Positions 57,085 through 64,000 of a stretch of 64,000 nt of DNA are shown piece by piece. Position numbers and translations under genes: made by a program. Source of the stretch: Escherichia coli (GTDB lineage: Bacteria; Pseudomonadota; Gammaproteobacteria; Enterobacterales; Enterobacteriaceae); the NCBI RefSeq assembly GCF_050920415.1, contig NZ_CP169309.1; one strand, written 5' to 3'. Numbering within the stretch: the first letter of the stretch is position 1; the number at the start of each line of letters is the position of its first letter. The notes below the pieces were generated by a model. That model did no database searches and was not told the origin of the DNA. It saw only the letters and a program-made list of their open reading frames with translations.

Positions 57085-58329
57085 ATGGCAACACTAACCA
57101 CCACCCAAACGTCACCGTCGCTGCTTGGCGGCGTGGTGATTATCGGCGGCACCATTATTGGCGCAGGGATGTTTTCTCTGCCTGTGGTCATGTCCGGGGC
57201 GTGGTTCTTCTGGTCAATGGCGGCGCTGATCTTTACCTGGTTCTGTATGCTGCATTCCGGCTTGATGATTCTGGAAGCTAACCTGAATTATCGAATCGGT
57301 TCGAGTTTTGACACCATAACCAAAGATTTGCTAGGCAAAGGCTGGAACGTGGTCAACGGCATTTCCATTGCCTTTGTGCTCTACATCCTGACTTACGCCT
57401 ATATTTCTGCCAGCGGTTCGATTCTGCATCACACCTTCGCGGAGATGTCGCTGAATGTTCCGGCACGAGCTGCAGGTTTTGGTTTTGCGCTACTGGTGGC
57501 GTTTGTGGTGTGGTTGAGCACCAAAGCCGTCAGCCGGATGACGGCGATTGTGCTGGGGGCGAAAGTTATTACCTTCTTCCTCACTTTCGGCAGTTTGCTG
57601 GGGCATGTGCAGCCTGCGACATTGTTTAACGTCGCGGAAAGCAATGCGTCTTATGCACCGTATCTGTTGATGACCCTGCCGTTCTGTCTGGCCTCATTTG
57701 GTTATCACGGTAACGTGCCGAGCCTGATGAAGTATTATGGCAAAGATCCGAAAACTATCGTGAAATGCCTGGTCTACGGTACGCTGATGGCGCTGGCGCT
57801 GTATACCATCTGGTTGCTGGCGACGATGGGCAACATCCCTCGTCCGGAGTTTATCGGCATCGCCGAGAAGGGCGGTAATATTGATGTGCTGGTACAGGCG
57901 TTAAGCGGCGTGCTGAACAGTCGTAGTCTGGATCTGCTACTGGTCGTGTTCTCAAACTTTGCGGTAGCGAGTTCGTTCCTCGGCGTAACGCTGGGTTTGT
58001 TTGACTATCTGGCAGATCTGTTTGGTTTTGACGACTCTGCCCTGGGCCGCTTTAAAACGGCGTTGCTGACCTTTGCACCGCCTGTCGTGGGTGGCCTGCT
58101 GTTCCCGAACGGATTCCTGTACGCTATTGGTTATGCTGGCTTAGCGGCTACCATCTGGGCGGCAATTGTTCCGGCGCTGTTGGCCCGCGCATCGCGTAAA
58201 CGCTTTGGCAGCCCGAAATTCCGTGTCTGGGGCGGCAAGCCGATGATTGCACTGATTCTGGTGTTTGGCGTTGGCAACGCACTGGTGCATATTTTATCGA
58301 GCTTTAATTTGCTGCCGGTGTATCAGTAA
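57085..58329 (+). CDS. mtr: Tryptophan-specific permease Mtr
   Basis: 414-aa polytopic membrane ORF; recognised as Mtr (HAAAP family). Confidence 0.96.
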   Translation: MATLTTTQTSPSLLGGVVIIGGTIIGAGMFSLPVVMSGAWFFWSMAALIFTWFCMLHSGLMILEANLNYRIGSSFDTITKDLLGKGWNVVNGISIAFVLYILTYAYISASGSILHHTFAEMSLNVPARAAGFGFALLVAFVVWLSTKAVSRMTAIVLGAKVITFFLTFGSLLGHVQPATLFNVAESNASYAPYLLMTLPFCLASFGYHGNVPSLMKYYGKDPKTIVKCLVYGTLMALALYTIWLLATMGNIPRPEFIGIAEKGGNIDVLVQALSGVLNSRSLDLLLVVFSNFAVASSFLGVTLGLFDYLADLFGFDDSALGRFKTALLTFAPPVVGGLLFPNGFLYAIGYAGLAATIWAAIVPALLARASRKRFGSPKFRVWGGKPMIALILVFGVGNALVHILSSFNLLPVYQ

Positions 58330-58339
58330 TCAGCGGTGC

Positions 58340-58432
58340 CTTATCCGACATTTCTGCTGCCTACACAATGCCTGATGTGCTTCGCTTATCAGGCCTAGGT
58401 AGGACAGCGTTGCCAGCTCGGATAAGGCTTCC
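58340..58432. repeat. REP/BIME palindromic cluster between convergent mtr and yhbW
   Basis: gcctgatgtgcttcgcttatcaggcctaggtagg plus flanking partial REP units (gccttatccgac..., ...cggataaggc). Confidence 0.65.
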
Positions 58433-58446
58433 CACGTTAAAACACA

Positions 58447-59454
58447 CTATCCCAGTAACTCTTCCTTAACATCCATCGCCAGCTCAAACGAATGCAGGCG
58501 CGCCTGGTGATCGAAAATCTGCCCGTTAACCATAATCTCATCCGCGTCGGTTTCGCGCAGGATCGACTGCAAACCATGACGCACTTTCGCTTTATCACCC
58601 ACCAGCGACATATTCAGCGCCTGCTGCACGCCATACTGCTCAGACGGTGACCAGAACTGATCCATATTTTGAATCGGTGGCGGCAGTTGCCCGGTTTCAC
58701 CGCGGCGCAGCTTCACAAAGGCTTGCTGCATTGAGGTAAACAGAAATTCAGCGTCGCGGTTGCTGTCGGCGGCGATAATATTGATGCACACCATCGCGTA
58801 CGGTTTCTCCAGCCGCGCTGACGGTTTGAAGTTACTGCGATAAAGATGCAGCGCCTGGAACAGCATATCCGGTGCGAAGTGTGAGGCAAACGCGAACGGC
58901 AGACCAAGCTGCGCCGCCAGTTGTGCACTGTAAAGACTGGAGCCTAATAACCACACGGGGATTTTCTCGCCATAGCCCGGTACAGGGCGCACATGCGGAT
59001 TGGGATCACGGGCGTCAAACCAGTCCACCAGCTCCGCGACATCGCGGGGGAAATTATCAATATCGCCGCTCATATGGCGACGTAGTGCCATCATTGTCCG
59101 TTGGTCACTACCTGGCGCACGACCCAGCCCCAAATCGATTCGCCCCGGATAGAGCGTATTGAGCGTACCGAACTGTTCGGCAATCACCAACGGTGAGTGG
59201 TTTGGTAACATCACGCCGCCAGACCCCAGATGCAGCGTGGTGGTATTTGCCGCCAGATAGCCAATCAATACTGATGTTGCAGCACTGGCAATGCCAGTCA
59301 TATTGTGGTGTTCCGCCAGCCAGTAGCGATGATAGCCGCGCTTTTCAGCCAGACGGGCGAGGTCGAGAGAGTGGGAGAACGCTTCTCGCGCTGAAGAACC
59401 TTCGGGGATGGGGGCCAGATCGAGTAGCGAAAACGCAATGGTTTTATCAGTCAT
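58447..59454 (-). CDS. yhbW: Luciferase-like (LLM-class) flavin-dependent oxidoreductase YhbW
   Basis: 335-aa ORF; recognised as YhbW. Confidence 0.93.
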   Translation of the reverse strand: MTDKTIAFSLLDLAPIPEGSSAREAFSHSLDLARLAEKRGYHRYWLAEHHNMTGIASAATSVLIGYLAANTTTLHLGSGGVMLPNHSPLVIAEQFGTLNTLYPGRIDLGLGRAPGSDQRTMMALRRHMSGDIDNFPRDVAELVDWFDARDPNPHVRPVPGYGEKIPVWLLGSSLYSAQLAAQLGLPFAFASHFAPDMLFQALHLYRSNFKPSARLEKPYAMVCINIIAADSNRDAEFLFTSMQQAFVKLRRGETGQLPPPIQNMDQFWSPSEQYGVQQALNMSLVGDKAKVRHGLQSILRETDADEIMVNGQIFDHQARLHSFELAMDVKEELLG

Positions 59455-59534
59455 AACAGCTCACTTTGTTACCGATTAATCTTTAATACTGCATTAAAGG
59501 GTAGTTAAAGTTGTTAACAAAGTGAGCTATTTGC

Positions 59535-60413
59535 TTAGGCTTGCAGTTCCAGCCCAGCCAGCCGTCTCCAGTAGCCATTACAGTCGCTGTTTGCCGTCAA
59601 CGGGAGTGGTGCAGCGCCATTTTCATTAGCGCGGAAGGCGTCGAGCATCGCGAAAGTGTCAGTACCCTGCGGTGACAGGCGGACCACATCAACCAGCCCC
59701 TGCATGGATGCCAGCTCGTTACCGAGGTTGTACACGTAGCCGCTCATGGTCTGAATGCCATTGAGCACAAACACTTGTTGGTTTTCCTGCGACAGCACGT
59801 TGCGCCCGTTCGGATACTTAATGCAGCAGGTTTCACACTCATCTTTTGGGCGGTCTTCCGAACGCGCGGTAAAGCAGCGGGCGGAGTAGGCCAGCGGCAG
59901 ATGACCGTAGCTCAAGACTTCCACTTCAAACTGGTTGCGAATGCCCAGCTCATCGCACTGATTAAGCAGATTCACCAGCCAGTCGCGGGAAAGTTCCACC
60001 GGCATACACCAGCGCATCATTCCCTGTTTGAGCAATATTTTCAGCGTCACCGCGTTGTAGCAGTTCAGAGCGTGTCCGGCGACGAACGGCAGTTTGCGCT
60101 CAGCGCACATATTCACCACGCCGAGATCGCTGGCTTCAATCAGAAACTCACCGTTCTCAACATAGCGTTTCAGTTCGCCCAGTTCGGAGGATGCCTGCAC
60201 CAGCGCCAGCGTGGAGAGCACAATCTGCTTGCCACTTCCGGCGAGCGATTTTGCCATCTCCAGCCAGTCGCCAACTTTGGTTGCCCGGCGTTTGCTACAG
60301 ACCGCTTCACCGAGATAAATCACGTCTGCGCTGCTGGCGGCGGCCTGCTGATAAAAATCTTCCAGCGTCTCTTTTGGCCAGTACCACAGCACCGGCCCTA
60401 AGGAATATTTCAT
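59535..60413 (-). CDS. ubiV: O2-independent ubiquinone biosynthesis protein UbiV (YhbV, U32-peptidase family)
   Basis: ATG at 60413 (MKYSLGPVLWYWPKETLEDFYQQ...) gives 292 aa; Cys cluster near the C-terminus. Confidence 0.9.
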   Translation of the reverse strand: MKYSLGPVLWYWPKETLEDFYQQAAASSADVIYLGEAVCSKRRATKVGDWLEMAKSLAGSGKQIVLSTLALVQASSELGELKRYVENGEFLIEASDLGVVNMCAERKLPFVAGHALNCYNAVTLKILLKQGMMRWCMPVELSRDWLVNLLNQCDELGIRNQFEVEVLSYGHLPLAYSARCFTARSEDRPKDECETCCIKYPNGRNVLSQENQQVFVLNGIQTMSGYVYNLGNELASMQGLVDVVRLSPQGTDTFAMLDAFRANENGAAPLPLTANSDCNGYWRRLAGLELQA

Positions 60414-60421
60414 TACTTTTC

Positions 60422-61417
60422 TCACTGCCATTTACGGTGATACGCGCCAAGAGTGGTTTGTGTGCCTTCGGACATCGACCCGAGCGTCTCCATCCACGCG
60501 CTTTGCGGCACGAAGTTTTGCGGATCGGCCTTACAACGGTCGATAGCCTGACGCCAGACTTTCGCTACCTGGCTGACATACGCAGGGCTACGCTGGCGGC
60601 CTTCAATTTTCACCGAAGCGATATTCGCCGCCATTAACTCCGGCAGTAGCTCAAGGGTATTGAGACTGGTTGGTTCTTCCAGCGCATGATAGCGCTCGCC
60701 GTCCACCAGATAACGCCCTTTACACAGCGTCGGATAACCTGCGTTTTCGCCGTCCTGATAACGGTCGATCAGCACTTCGTTCAGGCGGGATTCCAGCCCC
60801 TGCGGCGTTTGCTGCCAGCGCACGAAACGGGCCGGAGAACATGCCCCCACGGTGTTGGGCGACTCACCCGTCAGATACGACGACAGATAGCAACGACCTT
60901 CCGACATAATGCACAGACTGCCGAAAGCGAACACTTCCAGCGGTACAGGCGTGACCCGCGCCAGTTGTTTCACCTGATGAATCGATAACACGCGCGGCAG
61001 CACCACGCGGGCAACGTCAAAATGGCGATGATAAAAGTGAATCGCCTCTTCATTGGTCGCCGAAGCCTGCACTGACACATGACGCTCAATATGCGGGTAT
61101 CGCTGGGCGGCGTACTCCAGCATGGCGAGGTCGGCGAGGATCAGCGCGTCGGCACCCAGCTGCGCCGCCATATCCACGGCGCGCTGCCAGCGGGCGTAAC
61201 CGTCCGGATGCGCAAAAGTGTTAATCGCGATGTGAAGTTTGCGGCGATGTTGATGGACAAAACTCACCGCTTCCTGCAATTTTTTCTCGGTAAAGTTAAG
61301 GCCGGCGAAGTGACGGGCATTGGTATCATCTTTTAGCCCGATATAAACAGCATCTGCGCCGTTTTCGATGGCCGCCTTAAGCGCCGGGAGATTTCCGGCA
61401 GGGCAGAGCAGCTCCAT
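60422..61417 (-). CDS. ubiU: O2-independent ubiquinone biosynthesis protein UbiU (YhbU, U32-peptidase family)
   Basis: ATG at 61417 (MELLCPAGNLPALKAAIENGADAVYIG...) gives 331 aa. Confidence 0.9.
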   Translation of the reverse strand: MELLCPAGNLPALKAAIENGADAVYIGLKDDTNARHFAGLNFTEKKLQEAVSFVHQHRRKLHIAINTFAHPDGYARWQRAVDMAAQLGADALILADLAMLEYAAQRYPHIERHVSVQASATNEEAIHFYHRHFDVARVVLPRVLSIHQVKQLARVTPVPLEVFAFGSLCIMSEGRCYLSSYLTGESPNTVGACSPARFVRWQQTPQGLESRLNEVLIDRYQDGENAGYPTLCKGRYLVDGERYHALEEPTSLNTLELLPELMAANIASVKIEGRQRSPAYVSQVAKVWRQAIDRCKADPQNFVPQSAWMETLGSMSEGTQTTLGAYHRKWQ

Positions 61418-61625
61418 AATTTTTCCTGAAGGGTGCGCTATCAAAACGCAAAAATGTTAACGAACTGGGATTTTAGTTAACCTTGCAGCGACAATTTTTG
61501 ATTTAAGGCAGTTAAAGTTGTATTGGTGGTAGCAGCAATTTCATATGGAATTGTTGATTTATACCGCTATGTTATTTTTCTGATATGGCAAAATAGGATG
61601 ATTGTTGAAACAGGGAGTAAAACTC

Positions 61626-62150
61626 GTGTTGGATAAACTGCGTTCCCGTATTGTGCATTTGGGGCCATCTCTGTTGAGTGTACCGGTAAAACTGACGCCA
61701 TTTGCGCTAAAACGCCAGGTTCTTGAGCAGGTCTTAAGCTGGCAATTCCGCCAGGCGCTGGATGATGGCGAGCTGGAGTTTCTTGAAGGCCGCTGGTTAA
61801 GTATTCATGTGCGTGATATTGACCTGCAATGGTTTACCTCGGTGGTGAATGGCAAACTGGTCGTTAGCCAGAACGCGCAAGCTGATGTGAGTTTTAGTGC
61901 CGACGCCAGCGATCTTCTGATGATTGCGGCGCGTAAACAAGATCCGGACACGCTCTTCTTCCAACGTCGGCTGGTGATTGAAGGCGATACGGAGCTGGGG
62001 TTATATGTGAAAAACCTGATGGACGCCATTGAATTGGAGCAAATGCCGAAAGCCTTACGCATGATGCTGCTGCAACTGGCGGATTTTGTTGAGGCGGGAA
62101 TGAAAACCGCGCCTGAAACCAAACAGACATCGGTAGGTGAACCATGCTAA
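61626..62150 (+). CDS. ubiT: SCP2-domain lipid-binding protein UbiT (YhbT)
   Basis: Start inferred at GTG 61626 (MLDKLRSRIVHLGPSLLSVPVKLTPFALKRQ...) giving 174 aa; divergent from ubiU. Confidence 0.85.
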   Translation: MLDKLRSRIVHLGPSLLSVPVKLTPFALKRQVLEQVLSWQFRQALDDGELEFLEGRWLSIHVRDIDLQWFTSVVNGKLVVSQNAQADVSFSADASDLLMIAARKQDPDTLFFQRRLVIEGDTELGLYVKNLMDAIELEQMPKALRMMLLQLADFVEAGMKTAPETKQTSVGEPC

Positions 62151-62647
62151 TTCGAGTAGAAATTCCCATTGATGCGCCGGGTATTGATGCCCTGCTGCGT
62201 CGTTCATTCGAAAGCGATGCGGAAGCGAAGCTGGTTCACGATCTGCGTGAAGATGGCTTTCTGACGCTGGGGCTGGTGGCGACAGATGACGAAGGTCAGG
62301 TCATTGGCTATGTGGCATTTAGTCCGGTTGATGTGCAGGGCGAAGACCTGCAATGGGTCGGCATGGCACCGCTGGCGGTAGATGAAAAATACCGTGGACA
62401 GGGGCTGGCACGCCAACTGGTCTATGAAGGACTCGATTCGCTTAATGAGTTCGGCTATGCCGCAGTGGTGACGCTGGGCGATCCGGCGCTGTACAGCCGT
62501 TTCGGCTTTGAACTGGCGGCGCATCACGATCTGCGTTGTCGTTGGCCGGGCACTGAAAGCGCCTTCCAGGTACATCGTTTAGCGGATGATGCGCTGAACG
62601 GCGTAACCGGTCTGGTTGAGTATCACGAACACTTCAATCGCTTTTAA
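62144..62647 (+). CDS. yhbS: GNAT-family N-acetyltransferase YhbS
   Basis: 167-aa ORF with acetyl-CoA binding motif ([10 protein letters not shown]); overlaps the ubiT 3' end by 7 nt. Confidence 0.92.
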   Translation: MLIRVEIPIDAPGIDALLRRSFESDAEAKLVHDLREDGFLTLGLVATDDEGQVIGYVAFSPVDVQGEDLQWVGMAPLAVDEKYRGQGLARQLVYEGLDSLNEFGYAAVVTLGDPALYSRFGFELAAHHDLRCRWPGTESAFQVHRLADDALNGVTGLVEYHEHFNRF

Positions 62648-62936
62648 TCTCCGGGGTTTGCAGGCTGCTCAACAGTTCTGCAAACCCTGCGCCTTCCGCT
62701 ACCAGACGCTCTTTTTGCCGTTTGGTCAGTTGCTTGATGCGATATTCCATCCGTAACGCCAGCGAGCGGTCGCCCACTGGCGCGGAAAACGCCAGCGTCA
62801 GTTCTCCTTTCCCGCGCAGTGCTTTCGCCCCTTTTCCGCTTTGGTGCTGCTGATAGCGGCGTTCAACATCCGTGGTGATCCCGGTATAAAGCTTATTGTC
62901 GGCGGTACGGATCAAGTAAAGAAACCAGGGTGTCAT
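62634..62936 (-). CDS. yhbQ: GIY-YIG nuclease-superfamily protein YhbQ
   Basis: ATG at 62936 ([31 protein letters not shown]...) gives 100 aa; 3' end overlaps the 3' end of yhbS by 14 nt. Confidence 0.9.
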   Translation of the reverse strand: MTPWFLYLIRTADNKLYTGITTDVERRYQQHQSGKGAKALRGKGELTLAFSAPVGDRSLALRMEYRIKQLTKRQKERLVAEGAGFAELLSSLQTPEIKSD

Positions 62937-62986
62937 CGTCTGCGTCACATGTTAAGGTCAGGCCCACAGTATAAAAGAGAACAGCT

Positions 62987-63409
62987 ATGGAAACACTCAC
63001 CGCCATCAGCCGTTGGCTGGCAAAACAACATGTTGTCACCTGGTGTGTGCAGCAGGAAGGGGAATTGTGGTGCGCCAATGCCTTTTATCTTTTTGATGCA
63101 CAGAAAGTTGCCTTCTACATTTTGACGGAGGAAAAAACGCGTCACGCGCAGATGAGTGGGCCGCAGGCGGCAGTTGCTGGAACGGTAAACGGTCAGCCGA
63201 AAACGGTAGCGTTAATTCGCGGTGTGCAGTTTAAAGGTGAGATCCGCAGACTGGAAGGTGAGGAAAGCGACCTTGCGCGCAAGGCGTATAATCGTCGCTT
63301 TCCGGTTGCCAGAATGCTGTCGGCGCCGGTGTGGGAAATCCGGCTTGATGAAATCAAATTCACTGACAACACGCTGGGCTTTGGTAAAAAAATGATTTGG
63401 CTACGTAGC

Positions 63410-63430
<21 letters not shown>
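62987..63430 (+). CDS. yhbP: Pyridoxamine 5'-phosphate oxidase-like FMN-binding protein YhbP
   Basis: 147-aa ORF; recognised as YhbP. Confidence 0.9.
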
Positions 63431-63966
<536 letters not shown>

Positions 63967-63967
63967 T

Positions 63968-64000
<33 letters not shown>

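Overview
This window reads as a conserved stretch of Escherichia coli core chromosome (K-12-like gene order, gltD to yhbO, reverse-complemented relative to MG1655 numbering), identified from the translated ORFs and RNA sequences by recall, with no database search run. I did not find a novel or undescribed system. Coding density is high and nearly every ORF matches a well-characterised gene at the expected length. The gene order is gltD-gltB, yhcC, arcB with ArcZ, elbB, mtgA, yrbL, the npr-rapZ-ptsN-hpf-rpoN-lptBAC-kdsCD block, yrbG, mlaFEDCB, ibaG, murA, sfsB, ispB, rplU-rpmA, yhbE, obgE, dacB, greA, yhbY, rlmE-ftsH-folP-glmM, secG-leuU, yhbX, argG, metY-rimP-nusA-infB-rbfA-truB-rpsO-pnp, nlpI, yrbN-deaD, mtr, yhbW, ubiV-ubiU, ubiT, yhbS, yhbQ, yhbP, yhbO. 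The single accessory feature is a ~2.1 kb IS21-family insertion sequence (istA-istB) at 40038-42161 that splits yhbX into two fragments, is flanked by an ATAAT(T) direct repeat, and has an apparent 1-nt frameshift near the 3' end of istA. The metY initiator tRNA has G at the variable-loop position where K-12 is recalled to have A, suggesting a non-K-12 lineage. Start codons were moved inward from the six-frame track wherever the ORF began at an upstream alternative codon. All coordinates for hairpins, promoters and operators are approximate and hand-derived.
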